Source: a virus
Direction: 5' to 3' (one strand)
DNA: 64,000 bases
IMG/VR virus record: IMGVR_UViG_3300032053_000043
Span: 1-64,000 of that record
The notes under the pieces are model-generated. The model saw nothing but the letters and a program-made list of their open reading frames with translations, was not told the DNA's origin and did not search any database. A program made the translations under genes and the position numbers. Position 1 is the first letter of the stretch. Every line of letters starts with the position of its first letter. Shown here piece after piece: positions 7,383 to 16,730 of the stretch.

Positions 7383-8570
7383 ATGGCCCGAAGACCTCTG
7401 CAGAAAAAGGGATACCTGAAACAGATTGGCCCGAGTTGGTTTTTGCGCTGGCATGAGGATGTTCGCCTGGCCGATGGCACGATAGCGCGCGCCCACCCCG
7501 GCCGCGTGATCGCCCCGGCCGAAGGCCCCGGAGCCCTCAGCCACCGCGAAGCCAGCCGGCTCGCCTGGACCGAAATTCTCAGCAAACTCGATAGCTACAC
7601 CTGCCACCCCGGCTCCATCATCACCTTGCGCGAATTCATCGAGGCGAAATTCCAGCCCCAGGTCATCAACAAGCGGCACCCCGGCGGACAAGAACATTGG
7701 AAAACCATGCTGGGCCACATCCTGCCGGCGCTGGGCGCCATCGAACTGCGCGCCTTCAGCCTTGACCGCGTACAGCGGTTCCTGGACGGCAAGGCTCAGG
7801 AGACCTTCAGGGGCCGGCGGTATTCGGTCCAAACGCTCGTTCACTTACGGAACGCCCTCACCAGGATCTTCCGCCGCGCACGCAACCTGGACCTTTTCCC
7901 GGCCGACCGGACGCTGCCCACCGACGGCCTTGAACTACCGCCCATGCACCGGAAGGAACGGGGCTCCCTGACCATCGGCCAGGTGCGGGGCCTGATGGCG
8001 GTCCTGGATTCGCCCGTCCGTGAGCTCGTCCTGTTTCTGAGCGTGACCGGCTGCCGCATCAGTGAGGCGCTGGGGCTCCGGTGGGACCGGGTAGACTTCG
8101 ACCGCGCGCAGATCGTAAAGCGTGAGACATTCCGCCGCGGGCGGTGGGGGACCCTGAAGTCGGACGCCAGCCGGCGCAACATCCCGGTGCCCGATGAACT
8201 GCTGACCGAACTCGCCCGGCTGAAGTCGAGAACGCGCTGGAACGCCCCCGGGCACCCCGTCTTCGCCTGCCAGAGCACCGGCACGCCGCTTTCCGCGGCC
8301 AACATCCAGGCGCGCGTCCTGAAGCCCAAGGCGAGGCTGCTGGGTGTGCCGGCGGGGGTCTCTTGGCATTGGCTGAGACACGCCAACAGCACATGGCTGG
8401 CGGCCGGCGGGGTCAACACAACCGACCGGCGGCTACTCCACGGGCACACCTCGGACGAAATGGACGCACTCTACACGCACGGCAACCCGGAGGCGGTTCG
8501 CCAGGCCATGCAGTCGCTCACCAAGTCACTGCTGAAAGGGGATTCCGATGGCCGAAACATCGTTATGTGA
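7383..8570 (+). CDS. int: Tyrosine recombinase / phage integrase
   Basis: TGCRISEALGLRW (R), TLKS (K), HWLRH (HxxR), LHGHTS, LYTH (Y); GAGGAGG RBS; alternative start 7329. Confidence 0.93.
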   Translation: MARRPLQKKGYLKQIGPSWFLRWHEDVRLADGTIARAHPGRVIAPAEGPGALSHREASRLAWTEILSKLDSYTCHPGSIITLREFIEAKFQPQVINKRHPGGQEHWKTMLGHILPALGAIELRAFSLDRVQRFLDGKAQETFRGRRYSVQTLVHLRNALTRIFRRARNLDLFPADRTLPTDGLELPPMHRKERGSLTIGQVRGLMAVLDSPVRELVLFLSVTGCRISEALGLRWDRVDFDRAQIVKRETFRRGRWGTLKSDASRRNIPVPDELLTELARLKSRTRWNAPGHPVFACQSTGTPLSAANIQARVLKPKARLLGVPAGVSWHWLRHANSTWLAAGGVNTTDRRLLHGHTSDEMDALYTHGNPEAVRQAMQSLTKSLLKGDSDGRNIVM

Positions 8571-8805
8571 AATCGCCTGCCCCGGTTGTCAAGGGAAATT
8601 CGGAAGGTCGCTCGACGGTCAAACCTGGATCGGGTACAAGGGCCGGTGGTGGCATAAGGACTGCGCCCCAAGGGGCGCAAAGAAGGAACCCAATCCAATT
8701 CCCGGAGAGACAATCCCCGTGAGTGTCCCGAGGGGATGCGACGCGAACTCGTACATCCACGGATTTGGCGACGGCATATTGTACGCCCGCCGCGCGAAAG
8801 GATAA
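8548..8805 (+). CDS. Hypothetical protein (CxxC...HxxC)
   Basis: ORF overlapping the integrase end; CPGC and WHKDC. Confidence 0.55.
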   Translation: MAETSLCEIACPGCQGKFGRSLDGQTWIGYKGRWWHKDCAPRGAKKEPNPIPGETIPVSVPRGCDANSYIHGFGDGILYARRAKG

Positions 8806-8820
8806 ACTGAGGAGGGTGTC

Positions 8821-9360
8821 ATGAACGAGAAACTGAACGAACCGACCATTGAGGAAATCAAGGAAGCACTGGCGAAGATCACTCCGGGAGAGTGGGGTTG
8901 CGGAGGCGGACGTTATCTGCCAATAGTTGCGATTTGTAAGAACAGATACACGCAGATCGGTCGCGCCGAGGGCTGTGCAGATCGGCTATCGAACGAAGAA
9001 ATAGAGGCGAACGGCAGACTGATGGCCGAGAGCCCGCGCTACATTCGGTTCCTGTTGGCGACGGTCGAGGCGCTGGAATCATGGATCAAGGCGGCCAACC
9101 AGTTCGCGTGGGTTCACGATTCGTTCTGTCCGCGCCGGAAGGCCAATGCTGCTTGCACCTGTGGCCTGGACGGTTTCCTGTCTCGACCGCGTCTGTTCGT
9201 GGACTCCTACAAGCAACGCGTCGAGGCTCTGGAGAAGGCCCTGTCCGACCTGATGGCTTGGGGCGTTGAACATGACAATCCGGGCATCGGGTACATCACC
9301 GTGCAGGTGGACCGGGCGGCGGTGGAGCAGGCGAGGGTTCTTCTGAAAGGAAAACCATGA
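8821..9360 (+). CDS. Hypothetical phage early protein (Ead/Ea22-like N-terminus)
   Basis: KITPGEW...EANGRLMAESPRYIRFLL pattern; GAGGAGG RBS. Confidence 0.6.
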   Translation: MNEKLNEPTIEEIKEALAKITPGEWGCGGGRYLPIVAICKNRYTQIGRAEGCADRLSNEEIEANGRLMAESPRYIRFLLATVEALESWIKAANQFAWVHDSFCPRRKANAACTCGLDGFLSRPRLFVDSYKQRVEALEKALSDLMAWGVEHDNPGIGYITVQVDRAAVEQARVLLKGKP

Positions 9361-9737
9361 AACTTGAACAGTGGTGGGAGAAGGCGAAGGCTGGGGAACG
9401 AAATGCGCTGGTGGCGCGACGGGTTATGAGCATCCCGACCGAATTGATCCACCACCAGCCAGCAGGCAAGGAAATCACCTATGGCGGGATTACGTGCCGC
9501 GTGGCTGCTGTCGCTGATTACCAAGGCAGCATCCCGGATGCCTGGGATGTGGTGGAGAAGATGCGTGCAGGTGGTTGGTTCTTGCAGATCAAAGGCCCTG
9601 CGGACTCCCGGTGGGCGGGTGCGGTCCAGTTTACGAGGGATGCGGCGGGACCGCTTTCCGTGTGGACGTTGGGCCGTTCGGTTCAAGAGGCAACGTGCCT
9701 TGCCGCGCTGAAGGCGGTCGGCGTGGAGGAGGTTTAG
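9357..9737 (+). CDS. Phage ABA-sandwich-domain-like protein
   Basis: RNALVARRVM...YQGSIPDAWDVVEKM...ATCLAALKAVG pattern. Confidence 0.65.
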   Translation: MKLEQWWEKAKAGERNALVARRVMSIPTELIHHQPAGKEITYGGITCRVAAVADYQGSIPDAWDVVEKMRAGGWFLQIKGPADSRWAGAVQFTRDAAGPLSVWTLGRSVQEATCLAALKAVGVEEV

Positions 9738-10084
9738 CTCGGCCTCTTCTCCCCCTCAACCGTGACGACCGTCCCGAGTAGCACCGCCGCGGCCTTTAGG
9801 TCCTTGTCCAACTGATTCCGATTCGCCACCCACTGCCGCCACATCACCCCCGAAGCAATCGGCATCGCCAGGAAAAATCCCATGAAGGCCGAGGTGACCA
9901 TCCGCCAGCCAGGCGACAAATTCCCGAGCTGGTAGAACCACGCCATTGCGAACGGCCCCCACTGCGCGCCGAACGTGGAGGCCGTCGCCATGAAGGTATC
10001 CAGCAGGACGGCAGAAAACACCTTGAGCGCACTCGTCTGCCGCCAGCCCGAGATGAAGTCGGGCAGTTTGATGTCGCCGGCCAT
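9734..10084 (-). CDS. Membrane protein, holin-like (paralog of 38874-39215)
   Basis: MAGDIKLPDFISGWRQTSALKVFSAVLLDTFMAT; hydrophobic segments; in lysis cassette. Confidence 0.7.
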   Translation of the reverse strand: MAGDIKLPDFISGWRQTSALKVFSAVLLDTFMATASTFGAQWGPFAMAWFYQLGNLSPGWRMVTSAFMGFFLAMPIASGVMWRQWVANRNQLDKDLKAAAVLLGTVVTVEGEKRPS

Positions 10085-10089
10085 CGAGG

Positions 10090-10293
10090 TTAGACCGGCG
10101 GCTGGTAGGCCGTGGTGGCCGGCGTCCCGTCGGGGTTCGTCTTGAAGTTCCAGTGGGCCTTCAGCCAGCCGGCTGCCGCGATCACTCCCAGCACCACGGG
10201 CTTCCACTTCGGTGAAACGTAGTCGGTCGCTCCCACGCCAATGGCGCAGATACCGCAGACCACGAAGTACGCCACGTTCAACACTTTCGTCAT
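10090..10293 (-). CDS. Putative holin (2 TM)
   Basis: Two hydrophobic helices; near the endolysin; AAGGAG RBS. Confidence 0.6.
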   Translation of the reverse strand: MTKVLNVAYFVVCGICAIGVGATDYVSPKWKPVVLGVIAAAGWLKAHWNFKTNPDGTPATTAYQPPV

Positions 10294-10316
10294 AACACTC
10301 TCCTTTTCCGCGCCTC

Positions 10317-10580
10317 TCAGCGCCTTACTGTCCATTCAACGACCCCAACTGCCAAGCCGATGGCCCCCAGGCCGCGCCACAGCCAAGATTCGAGTTTCGT
10401 CACGCGCGCCTTCAATGTCGAAAGTTCCCCTGGCTGCCCGTTGCCGAACAACCGTTGTTCCATGCGGTTTAGCACCAACTCGATCAATTCCAACCGCGTC
10501 TCGATGGTCTGCGGTCCCAATCCTGGTGTCGCCATGGCGATCCCCCTCAGTTTATTTGCCTGCTCGCGCAGGCTTGTCAC
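10317..10580 (-). CDS. Coiled-coil protein with C-terminal TM (lysis cassette)
   Basis: LFGNGQPG...RVTKLESWLWRGLGAIGLAVGVV. Confidence 0.6.
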   Translation of the reverse strand: MTSLREQANKLRGIAMATPGLGPQTIETRLELIELVLNRMEQRLFGNGQPGELSTLKARVTKLESWLWRGLGAIGLAVGVVEWTVRR

Positions 10581-11116
10581 GCTTCACCCCACAATTCCGG
10601 GTTGGCCACCGGCGGCACCATCACCCGGTATTCGGTCTTGAACCACGTTCCGTTGTCGAATATCAGCGCCACCCGCCGTGGAGGGAGCCCGCGCCGCCAT
10701 TGGACGTGGAGCCATTCCTTGCCGGCACGTTTTTCGTGGATCACCTTGTCGATCGCCAGATAGGACCGCAACCGGATCCTGTCGAACGCCGCTTGCACCG
10801 TCATGCCGGGCACAACGAAATCGACGGCGCACTGAAGCGGGGTGGCGACGTGGAAGCTGTCCGGCACGCCCCCCACCACGGTGTTGAGCCGCGGGCAGCG
10901 ATACGCCGACGTGATCTGCACTGGCTTGCCGAGCAGTTCCCGAATCGGCTCCAGAATCTTCGCGCAGAACTCTTCGAACATCGGGATGCAGTCGGCCGGC
11001 ATGCAGTTGGTGAAGTCGTGCGAGTTTTCCTCGAACTCCTCCATGGTGAAATGCTCAGAAAACTGCCGCCTGACCGCCGCCAGCCTCGCTTCGCCCTGCA
11101 ACTGCGATTTTGTCAT
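10577..11116 (-). CDS. Endolysin, peptidase M15A family
   Basis: SEHFTMEEF, LEPIRELLGKPVQITSAYRC, DSFH, AVDF, WLHV. Confidence 0.88.
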   Translation of the reverse strand: MTKSQLQGEARLAAVRRQFSEHFTMEEFEENSHDFTNCMPADCIPMFEEFCAKILEPIRELLGKPVQITSAYRCPRLNTVVGGVPDSFHVATPLQCAVDFVVPGMTVQAAFDRIRLRSYLAIDKVIHEKRAGKEWLHVQWRRGLPPRRVALIFDNGTWFKTEYRVMVPPVANPELWGEA

Positions 11117-11155
11117 TGTCGCCCCCTGTGGTAGGATTGCCAGATGAGGTGACGT

Positions 11156-11272
11156 ATGGACTGAGACGAAAGGCCATCCCGTTTGGTCGTGTCCGTGTTC
11201 ATGCTGTACTGCGGCATCATTTTCCTGGCTGCCCTCGTCTGGGCGGGGCGCTACTTGGGAGTTCTTCCCTGA
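11156..11272 (+). pseudogene. Small antisense-oriented membrane peptide with TGA at codon 3
   Basis: GAGGTG RBS, then MD*DERPSRLVVSVFMLYCGIIFLAALVWAGRYLGVLP; could alternatively start internally. Confidence 0.35.
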
Positions 11273-13326
11273 CCGCCGGCCTGCGCCAGAAGCTCCACAT
11301 ACCGCCTCCCCACCTCTATCAACTTTGCGCTGCGGGCCTCGTCAGAGAGCGTCCTGTCCCGGGCAATCGCATCCCCTTCCGTGCGAAGTTGCTGGAGTTC
11401 GTTGGCCATCCGGGGCGATGCCTTCGCGGTTTGAACGTCTCGCGCGACGACCGCTGAAGGTTGCGGGTTCTGGAATTTCGCTCGGCTGTCCGCGATCCTG
11501 GACGCGACCGCTTCGGCGGTCGCTTCGCCGGTCGGGACGCTCAACGTCGATCCGGTCTGCGGGTCGTTGAACATATACATGTCCGGAACGCGCCCCGCCA
11601 CGCCGTTTTGCAGGCCCACAAACTTCCCGCCACCCTGCTCGATGGCCGCGATGTCGCGCTGGCGGGAGACCGTCGCCGGGGAAACAGGCGTTGTCTCTCG
11701 CGCCGGGGCCGCTGGGCTGCCAGCCGACCGGGTCGCCCGTCCCAAGGCAAATGGGGGATTTGACACTGGCGGACCCGGAACCGGGCCCATCGCCCTGCCA
11801 ACTGGGCGCCGACCGAGAGAGGAGGCCAGCCGGTTTTCCACCCCGGCCGCTCTGGTTCGGTAGAATGGCGAATCATGCAGGGCTTCAGCGACACCCCCCA
11901 CGATGCTGCCAGCCGCCGCACCGGGGTATCCGCCTACCCATGCCCCAACCGCCCCTCCGATACCTCCGCCGCGCACCAGTTTCAGGCCCCGCCTAACGTC
12001 GTGACTCTGGGATGCTCTTCTTTGGATGGTTGCGTCCACCACCGTTTGCAGATTCCTGTAGAACGAAAACTCATTGTTGGCCGCGGCAAGGTCCGGGAAC
12101 TTTGAATTGAGGACGTCCCGCAGGACGTTGGTAGCGGCTTCCTACGCATGAGCCTCAAAGCCTTTTGTCTCGTCCACCAGGAACGCCATTTTCTTCTTCG
12201 CCACCGCGTCATCCAGGAACCTGCGCACGGCCACCAAGTCTTCCGGGGTGATCGTTGGACCGTATTTGGCGACGATATCCTGGACTTCCTGAATCTGATT
12301 GACAGGGGCCTCCCGGTGCGCAGTGACCTTCCCCGTTTCTTTGCTGGTCAGGGTGTAATCCGGGTGGCTTTTCAATCCCTCCAGCCTGTCGATGATCGGT
12401 GCGGTATCGAGCCGGGCGCCGGAATCTGTGGCCTGCTTCACGGCGGCTTCGACGGCACCCCCATGCTCCGCAACTCCCTGGGCGGCTTGTTCACTGAGAC
12501 CCTGTAGAGTCGTTGCCTTGATATTGCGATCCAGGATCCCGGGGACAACCTTTTCGGACGCGATGACCTTCAGTTTCTTGGTCGTTGCTCCAAGCACCCG
12601 TTCGATATTGGTTTCGGCGGTCCGCCTCAGTAAATTGGCGGTGGGGGGCGCAAGGCGTTTCGTAGCCGCCGCGCCCTTCCCAATCGCCCGGCCTCCGTAT
12701 CTGCCGAGTGCCGCCACACCCGCAGCCGTGGTCGCCATCTCCGCAACCGCACCCGGCAAGTCAGCGCCCGCAGTGCGCAGCAACCGCTCGGTGGGCAGAC
12801 CAGTCGCCGCTTCGATGCCACCAGCGACGGCGCCGGGGATGTCGCCCCGGCGGGCAAACCCCAGGGCCTCTTGGCCCTTTTCCAATGCGGCCTGAGCGGT
12901 GCGATGGAAGTACAATCCACCCGGGCCGGTAAGGGCAGCGCCAAACTCCGGCCAACTGGTCGGCGGGGCCAACGCCGTTTCTACCGGCCCCGTGACCATG
13001 CCGGCAAGATTCTTGAGGCCCCGACCAATTCCACGAACGGGTTCCGGGGGTGGGGCTGTGCCCTCAATCTGCGTTCTCCAGCCGCTCCTTGGCGTTCCAA
13101 TCATCGCCTCAGCGACGCCAAGACGCGGTTCAGGTGGACCTTCGGGTATTCCCGCAGCCTCTCGTAGCCGAGGCGTCGCGCCTTCAAGTTGCCCCGGCTG
13201 CCCAGCGATCTCAGCGCGCGCCCGCCGCAGCGTGGAAACCGGCACCGGCCCGGCCATCGGCTCAGTGGCATATTGATCCCACTCATCCGTCGCAGGCACC
13301 GCGTATTTGTCCCACTTGTCGGCCAT
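11251..13326 (-). pseudogene. Internal virion / ejection protein interrupted by one in-frame TAG (12142-12144)
   Basis: ORFs 12142-13326 and 11251-12042 are in the same frame, and the 33 intervening codons are open (EAATNVLRDVLNSKFPDLAAANNEFSFYRNLQT); MADKWDKYA N-terminus. Confidence 0.7.
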
Positions 13327-13327
13327 C

Positions 13328-15085
13328 TTATTTTCCCATTACCGCTTCTGGATGAGCCTTCCTAAACTCGGCGATCTTCTCGTTGGGGATGTTCCACGAT
13401 CCTCCGGTCGGGGAAGTGAATCGAACCGTTCCCGGCGGAGCAGTTACACCCGGCTGCCCGCCCGCCGGTTGCTGTGCCCCGCCGCCCGCCGCCGGACCGC
13501 TGCCAATCCTGAAGGGCACCCCGATCTTCTCCGCTGCGGCCATGCCTTCTGGACTGATTGGGTCTTCGAGGTCCTTCTTACTCACCCGCTTGTACCGCCA
13601 GTTGGCCGCAGTGACGCGATCTTTGGCAGTCTTCCCCATTTGCTTTATGGCACTTGCCCACGCCGCCGGGGAGGAATCATTCGCCAGCATTATATCGGAA
13701 GACTTCCGATCCATCTCATAGAGAGCACGGTTGTTTAACAGGAAACTCTCGAATTCTTTCTTGGGAGCTTCGGCGGCAACAACCAGCGCCCGGATGTCGG
13801 GGTTCCCCGCCGCCCGGTCTCTCAACCAGTTCCAGGGTTTGTTGATGAGTGGCGACCCAGTTAACCGAAGATGTTCGATAACGTCGTGGAGTTCTCCGGC
13901 GTGCTGCAGGAAGGTGTCGAACGATTTCAGTTGGGTTCCTTCCTGCCCCGTGGTGAACAATTCTTCATTCTTGATCTTGCGGTTAAGCTCGGCTATGTTG
14001 AAGGCCGGGTTCAGCTTCTTGACCTTGGCGTAGAGCAGGATGAGTTGGGGACCACGGAAACCCGCGATCTCGCGGATGCTCGAAAGATCGCCGCTGGCAA
14101 GCGACTGCGCCGCGATATCGAGCGCCTGTTCGGTTTCATCACGCTTTTCGGCGGCTTGCTGAATCGTGAGGCGTGTCCCTATCGTCGCTTCGGCTTCATG
14201 GCCTTTCAGCCACGCTCGATCTTCGGCGCTTACCGGTTTACCGAGTCCCATATCCTGCCGGATTCTGACGGCCCTGCGCTTGTCTTCCACCGCTGGCTCT
14301 GGTTTCTCTTCCTTGGTGACGAATCCGGGTATCGGCTTGCCGGCCGCGTCCGTAATCTCCCTGGTGCTCGTGTCCTGGAACCCGACCACCGCCACCAAGT
14401 TGCCGGTCACATCGGGGGCAAAGCCGGGGACCCGTTGGTAGGTCTTCTGGGGTTGCTTCTTCGCAAGTGCCTCGCGGTGTTGCTTCTGGCTTGCGTAGTC
14501 GCCGATCTTCGCTGTGGAAAGGCGCGCCTCGCGCTCTTCGGTCATGGTGCGGCGCTCTTCCTCCGCGACTTTGGTCAGGTCGGCGATGCGCTTCTCGCGC
14601 ATGGCCTGCCCGACTCCGGCCCGACCGAGTGCTTCCCGATACGGCCCGCCGAAGTATTCTTCGTGCGCCCGCGCCCCGGCCCCCATGCCCCCGCCCGCCG
14701 CCGCCAGGAATTGCCCGACGCCGCCCACGATCTTCGAGCCCAGCGACGGCTTGTAGACTTGGCCGCCTTGCTCGAAGCCGCCCCAATCGCCCCGTCGGAC
14801 GGGCAAGGCCGGTTGCGGCCCTTCCATCTCCCGGCGCAGAGCCTCAAGCGCCCAGCTTCGTTGCTCTGGCGTGGCAGCAGGCCCCGGCGTTGGGGGCCCC
14901 TGGGCAATCTCCGGCTCCGGTGGCGTCGGTTCGTTCTGGGCCGTTTCCGGTGGCAACTCCGACTGTTCATCCGGCGGCCTCGGCCAGTCCGAACCCAAGG
15001 GCCAGAGCGGCCGGCGCCCCCGGCGGCCCAACCCCAGGTAGCCCGCCCAGTCCCGTTGTCCGAGTGACATTGCATTTGCACCCAT
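13328..15085 (-). CDS. Internal virion / DNA ejection protein
   Basis: 585 aa, helical and Ala/Glu-rich; position after tail genes. Confidence 0.6.
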   Translation of the reverse strand: MGANAMSLGQRDWAGYLGLGRRGRRPLWPLGSDWPRPPDEQSELPPETAQNEPTPPEPEIAQGPPTPGPAATPEQRSWALEALRREMEGPQPALPVRRGDWGGFEQGGQVYKPSLGSKIVGGVGQFLAAAGGGMGAGARAHEEYFGGPYREALGRAGVGQAMREKRIADLTKVAEEERRTMTEEREARLSTAKIGDYASQKQHREALAKKQPQKTYQRVPGFAPDVTGNLVAVVGFQDTSTREITDAAGKPIPGFVTKEEKPEPAVEDKRRAVRIRQDMGLGKPVSAEDRAWLKGHEAEATIGTRLTIQQAAEKRDETEQALDIAAQSLASGDLSSIREIAGFRGPQLILLYAKVKKLNPAFNIAELNRKIKNEELFTTGQEGTQLKSFDTFLQHAGELHDVIEHLRLTGSPLINKPWNWLRDRAAGNPDIRALVVAAEAPKKEFESFLLNNRALYEMDRKSSDIMLANDSSPAAWASAIKQMGKTAKDRVTAANWRYKRVSKKDLEDPISPEGMAAAEKIGVPFRIGSGPAAGGGAQQPAGGQPGVTAPPGTVRFTSPTGGSWNIPNEKIAEFRKAHPEAVMGK

Positions 15086-15097
15086 TGCGCCCCCTTC

Positions 15098-16318
15098 CTA
15101 TCCCCACTGGTCCGATGGGTTCACCTGCTGCGTTTTCGGTCGCCTGCTGAACAGGCTCCCCCAGCTAAACGGTCGAGGATTGTTCGCACTGGTCGCCGTG
15201 TTGCTGGCGCCACCCGAGGGCGACCAGGTTCCCGGCGACCCGCCACCCGAGAACGTGTTGAAGAAGCTCGACGCGAACCCCGGCTGTCCGGCTGTCGTGT
15301 TCGCCTGCCCGGTGATGGCCCCGGCGTAGCCCAGGTTGCTTTGCGCCCTCAACCCCTCCAACTGCTGTAGGCGACTCAGGTCCTGCGCGCTCAGGTTACT
15401 GAACCCGGCGCCAGCCGTTGTGTTGGCCCGCTCCCGCGCCTCCTGGATCGCCGTCGTCGCGCCCACGTCCGCCCCGTAGACGTCCTTGGCCGCCGCGCCG
15501 CGGCTCCGCTGCGCTTCCTGGATGGCCGCCCGCCGCGCTTCGCTGCCGTAGGCCGTGGACGCGATCCGCTGTCCAGCGATGGTCCCGGCGGTTCCCGTGC
15601 GCTCTGCGGCAATCGTTCTGGCCGCCCCGGTTCGCTGTGCCGCCAGCCGGTCGGCCGCCGTTGCCCCCATCTGGTAAATGTCCCCCTCATTCCTCATGGC
15701 AGTTTCGGAGGCCGTCTCGCCCTGCTCCCGCGCCATCTGCGCCAGGGTCGCATTCATGCCCGGCACGTACCCGCCGCGGCGTGCCGCCATCCGCCCGGCT
15801 TCCCCGCGCGCTGTCTGATAAGCCCGCGAGATCCCGGTGCCCGATACCGCCCGCATCTCCTGCGCCCGCTCGGGAGTCAACTCGATCTGCGCTCGTTCTT
15901 CCGGCGAGTAATACAGGCTGGCCTGCTCTTCGGGGGTCATGTACATCCCTTCGCCCCCAGCGCCGTATTCCAACCCCGATCGCTCCCCCGCCGTCAGGTC
16001 CAGACCTTCGCGCGCTTCGTCGGAGTAGTCCAGCGCCCTCCGCTGCTCCGGCGTCATCTGGAGTTTTTCCTGCTCTTCTGGCCTGAATCCGCCGGTGCGG
16101 TAAACGTCGCTGTAGATGTCCCAGGCCTGGCCGCGCGGCGCCAGATAATCAGTGGTGGCATTTCCGAGTTTGTCCTGGTAGTAGGATTGCTCGTTGATGT
16201 CCCGCCCGCGCAGCCAGTTGGCTTGCGCTTCCAGCTCTTTCTTTTTCTTGCGGGCCGAGATGCCCGAGATGATCCCGCCCACCACGCTCCCACCGAGATT
16301 GATTGCTGCTGATGCCAT
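15098..16318 (-). CDS. Ejection / pilot-like protein with short internal repeats
   Basis: N-terminal GGSVVGGIISG hydrophobic segment; Ala/Gly/Gln-rich; about 10-aa TPEE-like repeats. Confidence 0.6.
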   Translation of the reverse strand: MASAAINLGGSVVGGIISGISARKKKKELEAQANWLRGRDINEQSYYQDKLGNATTDYLAPRGQAWDIYSDVYRTGGFRPEEQEKLQMTPEQRRALDYSDEAREGLDLTAGERSGLEYGAGGEGMYMTPEEQASLYYSPEERAQIELTPERAQEMRAVSGTGISRAYQTARGEAGRMAARRGGYVPGMNATLAQMAREQGETASETAMRNEGDIYQMGATAADRLAAQRTGAARTIAAERTGTAGTIAGQRIASTAYGSEARRAAIQEAQRSRGAAAKDVYGADVGATTAIQEARERANTTAGAGFSNLSAQDLSRLQQLEGLRAQSNLGYAGAITGQANTTAGQPGFASSFFNTFSGGGSPGTWSPSGGASNTATSANNPRPFSWGSLFSRRPKTQQVNPSDQWG

Positions 16319-16385
16319 CGTTTTATCCCCCTATCCTGCTTGTCTATTCCGGTTCCCGCGCCATTCCGGCGAGCTGGGAACGCTA

Positions 16386-16730
16386 CTATGGCCGAGCCGC
16401 GGTAGGAGGCGGCAACATCACCGGCGGCGAAGGGGGATTGCGGCAAGCGCGCAGGGCCCCACTCAGAGTATCGACCATGCCCTCCAGCTCTGCGATGCGC
16501 CGCCGTGCCGCATCCTCACGCATCAGTGCCGCGCCGTAGGCGGCGAGAACTTCCTGCTCGGTGATAGCAGGCTGCCACGCGGGGCGTTGTGGGGCCGGCG
16601 CCTGAACCACAGGCGTCTTATTGCTGGACGGCGGTTTCTCTGGCCGGCCCGGTTCCTGCGCGGGTGAACTCACCGCGGAGATGCAGAGGGCGCAGAGAAG
16701 AAAAATGAATGGCCGCATCGTCATCAGCAT
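16386..16730 (-). CDS. Signal-peptide coiled-coil protein
   Basis: MRPFIFLLCALCISAVSSPA signal-like N-terminus, Pro-rich linker, coiled coil. Confidence 0.6.
   Translation of the reverse strand: MLMTMRPFIFLLCALCISAVSSPAQEPGRPEKPPSSNKTPVVQAPAPQRPAWQPAITEQEVLAAYGAALMREDAARRRIAELEGMVDTLSGALRACRNPPSPPVMLPPPTAARP

Noticed and set aside
2346-12144. Stop-codon reassignment (TGA or TAG recoding)
   Set aside because: TAG and TGA both end many well-supported genes here, often with ATGA overlaps, and the interruptions involve two different codons
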